Source of the DNA: a virus
Reading direction: 5' to 3' (one strand)
DNA: 64,000 nt
Virus record (IMG/VR): IMGVR_UViG_3300036770_006954
Span: 107,630 to 171,629 of that record
Made by a program: the position numbers and the translations under genes. This document shows positions 43,779 to 54,007 of the stretch, piece after piece; position 1 is the first letter of the stretch; each line of letters opens with the position of its first letter. A model generated the notes under the pieces. It ran no database searches and was not told where the DNA came from. It was given only the letters and a program-made list of their open reading frames with translations.

Positions 43779-45383
43779 ATGTCATCCATCTTTGGTTTTT
43801 ATGCTGGTTCACACAGTGCATCTTCCGTATTAATTGATGATGGTGAAATAAAATTTGCAATTGAAGAAGAAAGAGTCACAAGAGTAAAATCGGGTTTAAA
43901 ATACGAAACGTATCCCGTTTTATCTCACTCTCTAATTCAAAGTAAAAGTGGTATTAATGCTAACAACGCTGATTTTGTCGTTGTTGCAGACCCTTACCAT
44001 CAAGATTTTATGAACAAACTGAATGGGGGTAGATTCGAGTCAATATCTCATCATTTGGCACATAACTGCTCAGCCTATTTTTTAAGTGGGATGGAGGGAA
44101 AAGTTCTTTCCATTTCCTTAGATGGCGGTGGAGATACTTGCTATGGTAAAGTATACTTGTGTGAAGACGGAGAAATGAGTTTGGTAAAAAAAATTCCAAT
44201 ATCAACACAAGGTTCTATCGCATCAGTTTGGGCGTTTACAACTAATGCAATACGTGGTTATGATTATAATGGTGATTCAATATGGAAAATGTTGAAGGAT
44301 GAGGGAAAATTAATGGGAATGGCACCTGACGGTAAATTTCGCCAAAGTTATTATAACATTCTTAAATCAATTATTAATTACGATAATGAAAATTTTTATC
44401 CAGTAAATTCAGGTGGTAGAACACGTTTTGTAATTGACTTGATTAGACCATCCAGTGAATTCGAAATCGAAGAAAATTTATTGGATTTTGCATATTGTCT
44501 TCAATTGGTTACAGAAGAAGTAGTTTTGAAATTTATTGAGGAACTCCACCAAAATTTTCCAACAGTCAACAAATTGTGCTTTTCGGGAGGCTTGTTTGCT
44601 AACGTTAAGTTGAATCAAAAAATAAATGAATTACCATGGGTCGAAGAAATTTTCATCTCACCAGCAATGGGTGATGAAGGTTTAGCTATGGGTTGTGCAT
44701 TACACAAAGCAAATCAACTCGGTGAAGTAAAAAAACCATTAAAAATTAACAATGTAAGATTTGGTGTTACCTATTCAGATGAGGAAGTTTTGGAAATTTC
44801 TCACCACTATAAAGTTTTTCGCTATAAGTATGATGAATCAAAAATAGCTGACGATTTGAACAATGGAAAAATAATTGGTTGGTTTCAAGATGGAATGGAA
44901 TTTGGTCCAAGGGCACTTGGTTCAAGAAGTATTTTAGTACGTCCAACTGATTATTCAACCCATTCTGAGTTGAATAAAAGACTTGGTCGATATGATACTA
45001 TGCCATTTGCGCCAATGGTTTTAGAGGAAGAATTTGAAGAGGTATTTACCTGTTCTAAATCAAAATATGCAGCACAATTTATGACTATTTGTTACTCAAC
45101 CAAACCTGAATGGATTGATAAGATTCCTGCGGTAATTCAAAAGTCAGATAAAACAGCACGTCCACAAGTCATCAATCAAGAAAATAATCCGATGGTTTGG
45201 TCCTTGATGAAAAACTATCAAAAATTATCGGGAATACCAGTGTTATTGAATACCTCGTTTAATATTCACAATGAACCCATTATCGAAAAGCCATCTCATG
45301 CATTTCAACATCTTGTAGATAATGTTGTAGATAAATTAGTAATTGGAAATTATGTTTACGAAAATAGGAGACGTAAAAATTGA
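43779..45383 (+). CDS. Carbamoyltransferase (NodU/CmcH family) 2
   Basis: EEERVTRVK, HHLAH, EGKLMGMA, EFGPRALGSRSIL, MPFAP, VLLNTSFN. Confidence 0.93.
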   Translation: MSSIFGFYAGSHSASSVLIDDGEIKFAIEEERVTRVKSGLKYETYPVLSHSLIQSKSGINANNADFVVVADPYHQDFMNKLNGGRFESISHHLAHNCSAYFLSGMEGKVLSISLDGGGDTCYGKVYLCEDGEMSLVKKIPISTQGSIASVWAFTTNAIRGYDYNGDSIWKMLKDEGKLMGMAPDGKFRQSYYNILKSIINYDNENFYPVNSGGRTRFVIDLIRPSSEFEIEENLLDFAYCLQLVTEEVVLKFIEELHQNFPTVNKLCFSGGLFANVKLNQKINELPWVEEIFISPAMGDEGLAMGCALHKANQLGEVKKPLKINNVRFGVTYSDEEVLEISHHYKVFRYKYDESKIADDLNNGKIIGWFQDGMEFGPRALGSRSILVRPTDYSTHSELNKRLGRYDTMPFAPMVLEEEFEEVFTCSKSKYAAQFMTICYSTKPEWIDKIPAVIQKSDKTARPQVINQENNPMVWSLMKNYQKLSGIPVLLNTSFNIHNEPIIEKPSHAFQHLVDNVVDKLVIGNYVYENRRRKN

Positions 45384-46002
45384 GTTGGATTTCAATAAAG
45401 GAGTTTTTATGTCGGTCAAAGGACCGCAACTTCTTTACTATTGTGTAATACAAGAATATACAAAAAACAATGACCGGCCGAAACTGATTGAGGGACATCA
45501 GTTAAATACTATACCAGTTCCTGGACAAGAAGGGTTTAATAGATTGAAAATTGATATAGAATTCTACATGGATTTTGAAATCATATTATATTCTTTTGAC
45601 TATGATAATGGAATTATACCGATTTATAGTCACCGTTACAATGACAGAGATAGATATGTTCAGTTCAATTTAGTAACCGAAAATTTCGAAGAAGCGGAAA
45701 TGTGGGAAAAAAGTGTTTTAAAATATTCCGACTTACATGGATGTCAACCAATTATTGTGTCTCAATTTGATGAAATCAATCATAGGCACAAAAATTATTT
45801 TTTAACCCACCATCCACAAACATACAAAACATATAACATTGGGAGATTTCCCAAACAAAGCCGAGATTTTAAAACTTATGACTTTAGGGGTCATGGAAAT
45901 CTTTATTTTGGTAATTGGAAAAAATTTTGGTCTTACCAACACCCAAGAAGTTGGTCAAATTTAAACTCTCAAGAGATAGTTGATGATATCCTTGGACTTT
46001 AA
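45352..46002 (+). CDS. Hypothetical protein
   Basis: ORF overlapping the end of the second carbamoyltransferase. Confidence 0.65.
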   Translation: MFTKIGDVKIELDFNKGVFMSVKGPQLLYYCVIQEYTKNNDRPKLIEGHQLNTIPVPGQEGFNRLKIDIEFYMDFEIILYSFDYDNGIIPIYSHRYNDRDRYVQFNLVTENFEEAEMWEKSVLKYSDLHGCQPIIVSQFDEINHRHKNYFLTHHPQTYKTYNIGRFPKQSRDFKTYDFRGHGNLYFGNWKKFWSYQHPRSWSNLNSQEIVDDILGL

Positions 46003-46028
46003 TATATTTGATAAAACAATTATCAAAT

Positions 46029-46415
46029 ATGAATTTTAAAAAATACTTTCAATTTTCGGAAACCATTAATGGAACCAATTACTTTTTACGACAACTTTTA
46101 AGCTCTGTCGTTGCTTTTCTTGGAGGTTTTCTCATAGGTTTCGGATTAATCAACGAACAAATAGGATTGTTTTCATTAGGTTTACCATTAATTACTGCAG
46201 CTATTTGGTTTTCTTTAGCGACGATGTATAAACGGATTTTGTCTTTTGAGCCCGAAAATGCTGGTATACTTACAAGTGTATTTTTTTCACTTCAGATTCT
46301 GAACACATTTTTTCCTGATGGAAATCCTGTTGGAATAATTTTAACCCTTGGTTTGGCCATTGTAGGTTTATACCTTATCTTTGCTAACTCAAATACTTTA
46401 AATCACAACGGATGA
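46029..46415 (+). CDS. Multi-pass membrane protein (DUF805-like)
   Basis: KYFQFSETING..YF..., four hydrophobic segments, SLATMYKR. Confidence 0.6.
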   Translation: MNFKKYFQFSETINGTNYFLRQLLSSVVAFLGGFLIGFGLINEQIGLFSLGLPLITAAIWFSLATMYKRILSFEPENAGILTSVFFSLQILNTFFPDGNPVGIILTLGLAIVGLYLIFANSNTLNHNG

Positions 46416-47089
46416 ACATTTCACAAGAATTCAAAAAGTATGCAATGAGTGATTACAATGTGTCTTCACTCACCATGTATAACTTCGAGAAACAAATTGA
46501 AAACTCACTAACTCCATATATTTTAGAGGAGCGTGAACTTCGAGCAACTCAAATAGACATTTTCTCTCGATTGATGAGAGACCGACTTCTTTGGGTTGCA
46601 GGACCTGTCAATGACCATATGTCAACAATTGTTCAAGCACAACTAATGTTCTTGGATTCTGCCGATAAAACCGACATTACCATGCATATCGATTCTCCAG
46701 GTGGTAGTGTAAAGTCAGGTCTTTCAATTGTCGATGTGATGGATTACATCTCGTGTGATATTCGTACTGTTAACACAGGTTTAGCAGCTTCAATGGGTTC
46801 TGTATTATTAGGTGCAGGTACAAAGGGTAAACGTAGCTCACTTCGATTCTCACGCACTATGTTGCACCAATCTTCGGGAGGTGCTGGCGGTAATATCCAA
46901 GATGCGGAAATTACATTCAAAGAATGGAAGAAAATCAACGATACTTTGTTTATCCTATTGGGGGATTACTGTGGAAAAGACCCTGAACAGGTCAAACAAG
47001 ACGCACAACGCGATTTGTGGCTCGATTCACAGGAAGCCTTAGAATATGGTATTATCGACGAAATCGTAACAAAAAAAGGGGGTCAATGA
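46412..47089 (+). CDS. clpP: ATP-dependent Clp protease proteolytic subunit
   Basis: DIFSRLMRDR, IDSPGGSV, GLAASMGS, MLHQ, RDLWL, EALEYGIIDEI. Confidence 0.95.
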   Translation: MNISQEFKKYAMSDYNVSSLTMYNFEKQIENSLTPYILEERELRATQIDIFSRLMRDRLLWVAGPVNDHMSTIVQAQLMFLDSADKTDITMHIDSPGGSVKSGLSIVDVMDYISCDIRTVNTGLAASMGSVLLGAGTKGKRSSLRFSRTMLHQSSGGAGGNIQDAEITFKEWKKINDTLFILLGDYCGKDPEQVKQDAQRDLWLDSQEALEYGIIDEIVTKKGGQ

Positions 47090-47165
47090 CCCCCTTTCTT
47101 AGATAATAAACACACCCCTTTCTTTTAACGTGTTTATATCAACACGAGTTTCCTCGGAAGATGCT

Positions 47166-48341
47166 TTAACGATTTAATCTGAAATCGAATTGATATTCAA
47201 CTTCACCTGTTGGTGTCGTTTTTTGTATTACAACAGGTCGGTTTACATCACGACCTGATTTTGGTAAAGTTGGGAATTTAGGGTCTCCTGTGAATTTTTC
47301 ACGAAGAGCTAGAATAGCTTTTTCAACATTCTTACCTCCAATACCCATTGTACCAAATTTGTGGTCTTGTCTTAGACAAGCATTAACTTCTTTTTTCATA
47401 CCCTCTAAAGTACCGAAGTCATATTCAACACCTTTTCTCCAAGCGTCGTAGTATGCCATAATAATTTTTCCACAATATTTTTCGTTATATCTTTGTTGAA
47501 CCCCTTTTTGTTGCGCTTTAACTATTTTAAGGAGTTGTCTTCTATCAACTCTACTTGGGTCAAGATATATTACAATATTTTTGGAAAGACCCGCACTTTT
47601 TGGAATCATAATTCTTCCACTCCACCAAGTTTGTCTTTCTTGCTCGGTCATTTCATTTTCATACTTCCAAGGACCTCTTCCTTCTTCAGATTTTTCAATT
47701 CCGAATGAATTTAAATAAGAATCAATGATTTCAGTTTCTTTCGAAGTAGTTGCACCTGGTTGCATTGTTGCTGCTTTGGGTCTATAAAGTTTGGTTGTCC
47801 CTACTTGAATGATATCAAGAACTGTTTGGTCTCCTTGATTTGCGGGTACTTCATATCCAGCAGGTAGATTGTCATAAGTAAAATATCCATAACCACCTTG
47901 CTTAATATCTTTTGTAAGGGTTGCAATTAGATTATTTAATCTATCTTCTTTAACATTCAATCCTTTACACGACCATTTGTCAGCACTTCTTACACCTGTT
48001 TTTCCTCCTTGAGTAACTGTTACTAAGAAAGTTCCATCTCCAAAGAAATATACCTCATCACCCCTATCCCAAATGATTCTATCACCTGACATTTTTTGTT
48101 CTGTTGGACGGTATAACAATGCGTTTTTACCATCTTTGGTTGCTGGTTTGGCTTGTCTGATTGCTTCATTGGTACATTTTTGTTGTGCCAATGCTAAAAA
48201 CTGTTTTGGGTCGGTAATATCTTCAATTTGTTCCGAGACTAATGATTTGTCAAAAAGATGACCCATTAGAACATCTCTATACTTGTTATGATTTTCAAGT
48301 ATTGAGGTTCTTTCTTCTGTAGTAATTTTAATTGGTTTCAT
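47166..48341 (-). CDS. Putative capsid-packaged/late protein
   Basis: KITTEERTSILENH...LVSEQ N-terminus; TATTTATC upstream. Confidence 0.7.
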   Translation of the reverse strand: MKPIKITTEERTSILENHNKYRDVLMGHLFDKSLVSEQIEDITDPKQFLALAQQKCTNEAIRQAKPATKDGKNALLYRPTEQKMSGDRIIWDRGDEVYFFGDGTFLVTVTQGGKTGVRSADKWSCKGLNVKEDRLNNLIATLTKDIKQGGYGYFTYDNLPAGYEVPANQGDQTVLDIIQVGTTKLYRPKAATMQPGATTSKETEIIDSYLNSFGIEKSEEGRGPWKYENEMTEQERQTWWSGRIMIPKSAGLSKNIVIYLDPSRVDRRQLLKIVKAQQKGVQQRYNEKYCGKIIMAYYDAWRKGVEYDFGTLEGMKKEVNACLRQDHKFGTMGIGGKNVEKAILALREKFTGDPKFPTLPKSGRDVNRPVVIQKTTPTGEVEYQFDFRLNR

Positions 48342-48361
48342 ATCTTATATGATAAATACAC

Positions 48362-50857
48362 TTATGATAGGTCTAAAATCTCAGAACCCCTTGATGTTTT
48401 AGGAAATTTACGATAGAAATCTTCAGCTTCCTTTTTTTGTTTCTGAATTTGGATATTTGTCTCTAAAGTTCTTTTTATTAAATCACAAATTCTATTAACA
48501 TCTGAGTCGTTAAACCCATTCTGCCATCCATAACTACCCAATTCGTTGTAAAGTTGTCTGTCAAAGTTTCCTGTATTGGGTAAATTTAAACATTGTTGAA
48601 TTTGTTTGATAGACTCTGAGTTACAACCTAATTGATTGAAACCTGTGCATGGGGTAAATTGATTTGTAAGATTATCCCGAACTTTTTGAGGGTCACTTGT
48701 GGGTTTTTTTTCTTCTAATTTTTTTCTAAGTAACCATAATTCATATTGAACTTTCGCCTTTTCAGCTAAATCTACAGAGGTGTTTTTAACATTTTCTGCA
48801 AATTTATTAAGTTCTTCTAATGCCTTTCTGAAAGTTTCGCTGTCTTTTACACTTTGAACTTCTTTTTTAAGTTCTTCAACTTTTTTGTCTAATTCCTCTC
48901 CAGCAGAATTTTCTTCTTTTTGTTTAGGTGGGATGATAAGCTGTTCTATTATTTTATTTTTTCTAATAGACTCTGTAACAGGAGGTGTGAAATAATTTTT
49001 GAGATATTCACGAACTCTTGGGTCAGCTATTGGACTTGATGTTGTATTTGTCATACTTGAGTCTGTGAAATGTACAGCTTCCCAAACCCCTTTTGGATTA
49101 ACTAATTGTACATCTTTATTAGACTCTCTTCCCTTTTCAAATGCTATTGCAAGTGTGTCATTGTCCTGCATATAAACACGGTCTTGTAAAAACTGTAAAT
49201 CACCTGATAGGGATAATTTTAAATCTTCAGGTATAACAAATTCGTCTTTTTCAATTTTTTTAACATCTTTTTCAATTTTTTCAATATCCTCTTCAGGTAT
49301 ATTAGCACTTTTGGCCGCGCTTTTCCATAACCATTCAGCCCAAACGTCGGGGCCACCCCATAGAGATGGGCTTTGAGTAAATAAAACACCTAACATCACA
49401 TTCAAGGGGGCTCTGGCCATGCTATTCCAATAAGGAACTGCAAATGATACTCCTTGAGTATTACCTAAAAAGTCGACCAAAAATGCATCTAATGCCTTAA
49501 GAATACCAAAAGGGTCTCTTTGACGTGTTTCATTATATTTTTGCGTATCAAATGGGGTGGAAAATCCAAATTTTTCTGAATATTTGTTGACAAGGTCTTT
49601 AAATCCAGTCGTATACGCAACAGCTGAGGCTGCCGATAATATAGCATTAGCTATTATGGCCCCCATACCCGATTTCAGAAGTAAAACAAAAAGATACTGT
49701 GCAGCTCTTTTTGGGTCTTTAATACCTTGCATTTGGATAGCTTTCCTATAAATTTCCGATTTCGTAGCCCACTGACCTGTAACCAAAAAAGCCTTCAAAT
49801 TGTCACCTAATCTTATTTTTGCTAAATTAGATATTTTGTTCGGTAATATTTTATTTAACCATTCACTACCTTCGCCAGAAAAATCTATAAATTTAAAATC
49901 CTCGGGTATACTTTCAAAAGCAGCTTTAAAACCTGGGTCGCTATCCCTTAATTGTCTAAAAATTTTAAAAATATCTTGGTCACCAGATTTAATCAAATTG
50001 TTTAACTCGTCAGGCAAACTTAATTTTCTAAATTCAGCTTTACCAATCTCATCACCTTTCATATAAATTTGATTCAACTTACGAGATATTGCTAAGGCAT
50101 AGGCTTCTTGAAGTTGTTGTCTTTGTTCATTTCCCTCAGATAAAATCAATTTTTCAACAAATTCCTCAGACAAATCCTCAATGTCTTTTATAAGACTTTT
50201 TGTTTCAGTGTACATCGCCCCAAAAACATCTCTCACAAAACTTTTACCACCTTTTGAATTTACTGCATTAGCTAAAGATTTAATTTGTGATTTACTCAAT
50301 ATTTCTTTACGTGAAGGTCGATATTCTCTTGTTAAATAATTTCTTACAGCGTCTTGAAATTCTATGTCTAATTTATCAATTTCGCTAATTTCCAAAAATT
50401 CGTCAATATTTTCTTGTAACTTTCTGTCAGGGTTATTATTCAAAATATATTCGAAAATATTCCTAAAATCCTGTAAGTTTGATAATCCGAGTTTTCTACT
50501 TATAACATCTGTTACAAAATTGTTTACGTCAGGAATGTTTTGACTTATCAATGATTTTACAGCGGCGGTTAATTGAGCATCATTTAATGAACTAAAAGTT
50601 CGTCTTAAAGAACTTACATTATCTGGTCTATTTTGAAACTGTTTCAAATCATCCAAAACTTTTTCTAAATTTGCCGTAGGCAAATCTCTAACAACATTTC
50701 TAAGTTTTTTTCCAATGTCATCAATCCAGCTTATTGGAATTCCAGAAGCTTCACTTAATAAAAATTTTTTGACAGACGAACGATTACCAAACCATTCATT
50801 ATAAATTTTTATTTTGGCAATTTCTTTGATTAAATTTTTATTTTCTTGGCTTTTCAT
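48362..50857 (-). CDS. Large late protein with hydrophobic helices, possible C-terminal peptidoglycan-binding-like domain
   Basis: LIKEI..LLSEA N-terminus; GCNSESIKQIQQCLNLPNTGNFD. Confidence 0.65.
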   Translation of the reverse strand: MKSQENKNLIKEIAKIKIYNEWFGNRSSVKKFLLSEASGIPISWIDDIGKKLRNVVRDLPTANLEKVLDDLKQFQNRPDNVSSLRRTFSSLNDAQLTAAVKSLISQNIPDVNNFVTDVISRKLGLSNLQDFRNIFEYILNNNPDRKLQENIDEFLEISEIDKLDIEFQDAVRNYLTREYRPSRKEILSKSQIKSLANAVNSKGGKSFVRDVFGAMYTETKSLIKDIEDLSEEFVEKLILSEGNEQRQQLQEAYALAISRKLNQIYMKGDEIGKAEFRKLSLPDELNNLIKSGDQDIFKIFRQLRDSDPGFKAAFESIPEDFKFIDFSGEGSEWLNKILPNKISNLAKIRLGDNLKAFLVTGQWATKSEIYRKAIQMQGIKDPKRAAQYLFVLLLKSGMGAIIANAILSAASAVAYTTGFKDLVNKYSEKFGFSTPFDTQKYNETRQRDPFGILKALDAFLVDFLGNTQGVSFAVPYWNSMARAPLNVMLGVLFTQSPSLWGGPDVWAEWLWKSAAKSANIPEEDIEKIEKDVKKIEKDEFVIPEDLKLSLSGDLQFLQDRVYMQDNDTLAIAFEKGRESNKDVQLVNPKGVWEAVHFTDSSMTNTTSSPIADPRVREYLKNYFTPPVTESIRKNKIIEQLIIPPKQKEENSAGEELDKKVEELKKEVQSVKDSETFRKALEELNKFAENVKNTSVDLAEKAKVQYELWLLRKKLEEKKPTSDPQKVRDNLTNQFTPCTGFNQLGCNSESIKQIQQCLNLPNTGNFDRQLYNELGSYGWQNGFNDSDVNRICDLIKRTLETNIQIQKQKKEAEDFYRKFPKTSRGSEILDLS

Positions 50858-50897
50858 GATGCTTGAATATTTTATAAATACCTTTTTTTTTCAATTG

Positions 50898-52295
50898 TTA
50901 TTGTTTTTTTCCTCTAAGTGCTTTAGCTTTTTTTTGCATTGTAGCCTGAATCTCAGGTCTGAAAGATATTCGACTTTCAATATTTTCCTTAAAACGTTTG
51001 GATTCGACATCAAATTCTTCAAAACTATCGGTCTTACCCATGTTAATCAAGGATTTTGCATATGCTTCATTATCAATTAACTCCAAGTTATGTTGTTTGA
51101 TTTCATCATCAGTCATTTGACTTTCAATATCCTTCATAAAAGACATCATTCTTTGTTTTTCTTGTTCACTAAATGAATCTGGACCAAAAAATGATACACC
51201 TAAAACTAATAATATTGCAGAACTTAGTTGAACTCCCGCACCTTTCCACCATTTTTGGTCTATAAGTGCAATTTTCTTCAAAATTGATTTATCTGTAAGT
51301 CCTTGAGTTAATAATTTATTCAAACCTTCTTCCATGATTTTTTTAAACTCGGTAGGGTCAGTTTTCATAACTTGTGAAAAAAGATACTTTTCATTTTCAT
51401 TTAAAACATCCTTATAGAATTTAGTAACATCATCGGCATTTTTTAATTCAGCTTTTGAAGCTTTTTCGGCGATAGATTCTGCAACTTCTTTATTAGTTCC
51501 TTTAATAACTCTCATAAATGGGAAAAAGTCCGTTAGGGGTAAAAGTGAGAATACAATTGCCAATCCCATAGAAGTTGTTATATCCTCTCCTTGTTGAATT
51601 TCATAGACTGAAAAAGGAATATTAACGGCTAATTCACCCAATACTTGAGCTAATATCCTCATAGCTAATGGTGCACCCAATCCCAAAGTAAATTTTTCAA
51701 TTATGATAGAAATTGCTATCGAACCTACAATTTGAAATACCACACCCCATTTATCCATAAATTTTTCTCCCCAAGATTTAAAATCTTCGGGATTGGGTGT
51801 TTTGTAAAATTCTCCATTAGCATTGACGTACCCTTTAAAGTATAAACCTTTCGAATCATCGTAAGTCAATATTCCACCGAAGGTATCACCATCTATTTTA
51901 AACTTTCTAACAGTTCCTGGTACAAGAATTTTTTTCAAATCTTCTTCAGTCAGGTTGTATTTTTTGGAAATCTCAGAACCATTTTTAAACCACATCCAAG
52001 AAACAAAAGGTGTGTATTTTACAATTGAACTTTCGCTTTCTAGAGGAATGTATATGTAATCAACTCCACCCTGAGGGTCACCAAATGCTGGTGTTAGAAA
52101 TGCTTTGTACCCTTCAATTGGGTAAACCTTGAATTGTTCAAAGTCTTGAGCTCCTTTAGATATTGGAGTTTTTTCAGTTGATTTTAAATCAAGCGCACCA
52201 GTAAGAGGTACTGTCTGTTCAGACAAAGTTTTTTTCGGGTCATAAAACATCTTGACCCTTATTTCATTTAATATGTCCAATTGAACTTGATTCAC
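50898..52295 (-). CDS. Late protein with membrane-type helices (candidate ejected protein)
   Basis: ILNEIRVKMFYDPKKTLSEQ; several hydrophobic segments. Confidence 0.65.
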   Translation of the reverse strand: MNQVQLDILNEIRVKMFYDPKKTLSEQTVPLTGALDLKSTEKTPISKGAQDFEQFKVYPIEGYKAFLTPAFGDPQGGVDYIYIPLESESSIVKYTPFVSWMWFKNGSEISKKYNLTEEDLKKILVPGTVRKFKIDGDTFGGILTYDDSKGLYFKGYVNANGEFYKTPNPEDFKSWGEKFMDKWGVVFQIVGSIAISIIIEKFTLGLGAPLAMRILAQVLGELAVNIPFSVYEIQQGEDITTSMGLAIVFSLLPLTDFFPFMRVIKGTNKEVAESIAEKASKAELKNADDVTKFYKDVLNENEKYLFSQVMKTDPTEFKKIMEEGLNKLLTQGLTDKSILKKIALIDQKWWKGAGVQLSSAILLVLGVSFFGPDSFSEQEKQRMMSFMKDIESQMTDDEIKQHNLELIDNEAYAKSLINMGKTDSFEEFDVESKRFKENIESRISFRPEIQATMQKKAKALRGKKQ

Positions 52296-52585
52296 GTTAG
52301 TGGATTTGCTTTACCTCTTGAAGCGCCTGACTCCCATTTATATTTTGGGTCACCCATGTAAGTTTTACCCATAGACCTATCACTCTTCCAAACATAACCA
52401 TGTCCACCGTAAGTTTTACCCATTGTTCTTCCTGATTCCCAAGATTTAGCACTCGATGTTGACCCTGCAGAACTTCCTGTAGAAGCACCCGTATCAGTCG
52501 AACCATCCTCTTGTTCTATCATCTCATTTTTGGACAATAAAACTTTAGAAATGGTCTTTATGATATTATCAACATTTAAATCCAT
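52292..52585 (-). CDS. Small late protein with W(E/K)S(G/D)xxxGK repeats
   Basis: Three repeats after an NEMIEQ leader. Confidence 0.65.
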   Translation of the reverse strand: MDLNVDNIIKTISKVLLSKNEMIEQEDGSTDTGASTGSSAGSTSSAKSWESGRTMGKTYGGHGYVWKSDRSMGKTYMGDPKYKWESGASRGKANPLT

Positions 52586-52606
52586 AAAGATAAATATTTG
52601 ACAACT

Positions 52607-52921
52607 TCAATAAATGGTTGCTTTTGGTAAACTCGAGGGATTAACCATATAATACTCATTCAAAAAGGATATAAGTTCCTCTTCGTCAACTGTAATGTCT
52701 TCTTCAAAATCATAATCATTTTCGTCTTCATAATCGTCATCAATATCATCGAAGAGGTCAAAATCTTCGGTAGTGATGTCATAACCATATTCTTCAACTA
52801 AAGAATAATCTATTCTGTCTGTCCTTTGTTCGTCTTCCGCATCTTCAATTGTACGGAATGAAACATCGAGAATATTAGATTTTAAGTCGATATTGTAATT
52901 TAGTATCTCTAAAATTTCCAT
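52607..52921 (-). CDS. Acidic hypothetical protein
   Basis: 104 aa ORF. Confidence 0.7.
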   Translation of the reverse strand: MEILEILNYNIDLKSNILDVSFRTIEDAEDEQRTDRIDYSLVEEYGYDITTEDFDLFDDIDDDYEDENDYDFEEDITVDEEELISFLNEYYMVNPSSLPKATIY

Positions 52922-53011
52922 GTTAAAACTTTATTAAAGAAATATGTTAAATCCATAGAAAGTACTTTTCTTATCAATATAAAATGATTATTTTTTAGAA
53001 AAATACAATTT

Positions 53012-53590
53012 ATGAGAGTAAATGCATTGGTAATCGATGATTTTTATGCTGACCCTGTAAAGGTCAGAGAATTCGCGTTGAAACAAGAATTTAAAGTACG
53101 AGGAAATTACCCTGGACAACGAACAGAATCTTTTTTGAATGATGCAATCAAACAAAGATTACAAGATATTCTTTATCCCTACGCAGGTAATGTGACACAT
53201 TGGGGAGGAGAATACACAGGTTCTTTTCAATATACTGTTGCATCGGACCGTTCTTGGATACATTCAGATTCAACTACTGATTGGGCGGCACTTTGTTACC
53301 TTACTCCTGATGCTCCTTTAACAGCAGGAACTGGAATTTTTAAACACAAAGCCACAGGAATGATGACTTGGGACTATAAAAACCAAGACCCTGAATATAA
53401 AAAAAGTGGTCCTCCAGGGGTTGATTTTCAGGATATGACTAAATGGGATATGGTTGACCGTTTCGGTAATATTTTCAATCGTTTAGTTATGTACCGAGCA
53501 GATAATTACCACATGTCCTTGGACTACTTTGGCGATACCAAGGAAAATGGAAGACTATTTCAAGTCTTCTTTTTCAACACCGAGAAGTGA
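53012..53590 (+). CDS. 2OG-Fe(II) oxygenase-like (DUF6445-like)
   Basis: VIDDFYADP, WIHSD, FNRLVMY, YH, RLFQVFF. Confidence 0.75.
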   Translation: MRVNALVIDDFYADPVKVREFALKQEFKVRGNYPGQRTESFLNDAIKQRLQDILYPYAGNVTHWGGEYTGSFQYTVASDRSWIHSDSTTDWAALCYLTPDAPLTAGTGIFKHKATGMMTWDYKNQDPEYKKSGPPGVDFQDMTKWDMVDRFGNIFNRLVMYRADNYHMSLDYFGDTKENGRLFQVFFFNTEK

Positions 53591-54007
53591 GTTCTCAAAT
53601 AGAGAGGGATTGGTGAGGTAAATGACTTCAACAATCCCCTCTGTGCAATAACAAATTTTAGGATAAGCAGTTCCTGCCATTATTTTTCCCTTACGGAATC
53701 CAACAAATTTTGGTCCGTGACATTTACATGTGGGATTATAAAGTGTTGAGGTGTGATATCCCAAATCCACCAAAAAGTCAATTGCATCCTCAACAAAGGA
53801 TTCATAAATAGTCAATCCAAATTCATTAGCAATTTCATCTAAAGGACTATAACACTTTTGACCTCCCAAATCTGACAAGGGTTTAATGTTTACATGGGAT
53901 TCACATTGTCCTTTTTGTATAAAATGCCAGAAGAAAGTTGCCTCTCTTCTGGCAATGTTCCAAAACTCAGATATTGTTGTTATTTGTACTGTGGACCCGC
54001 TAACCAT
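53555..54007 (-). CDS. Hypothetical Cys-containing protein
   Basis: 150 aa ORF overlapping the upstream oxygenase. Confidence 0.55.
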   Translation of the reverse strand: MVSGSTVQITTISEFWNIARREATFFWHFIQKGQCESHVNIKPLSDLGGQKCYSPLDEIANEFGLTIYESFVEDAIDFLVDLGYHTSTLYNPTCKCHGPKFVGFRKGKIMAGTAYPKICYCTEGIVEVIYLTNPSLFENSLLGVEKEDLK

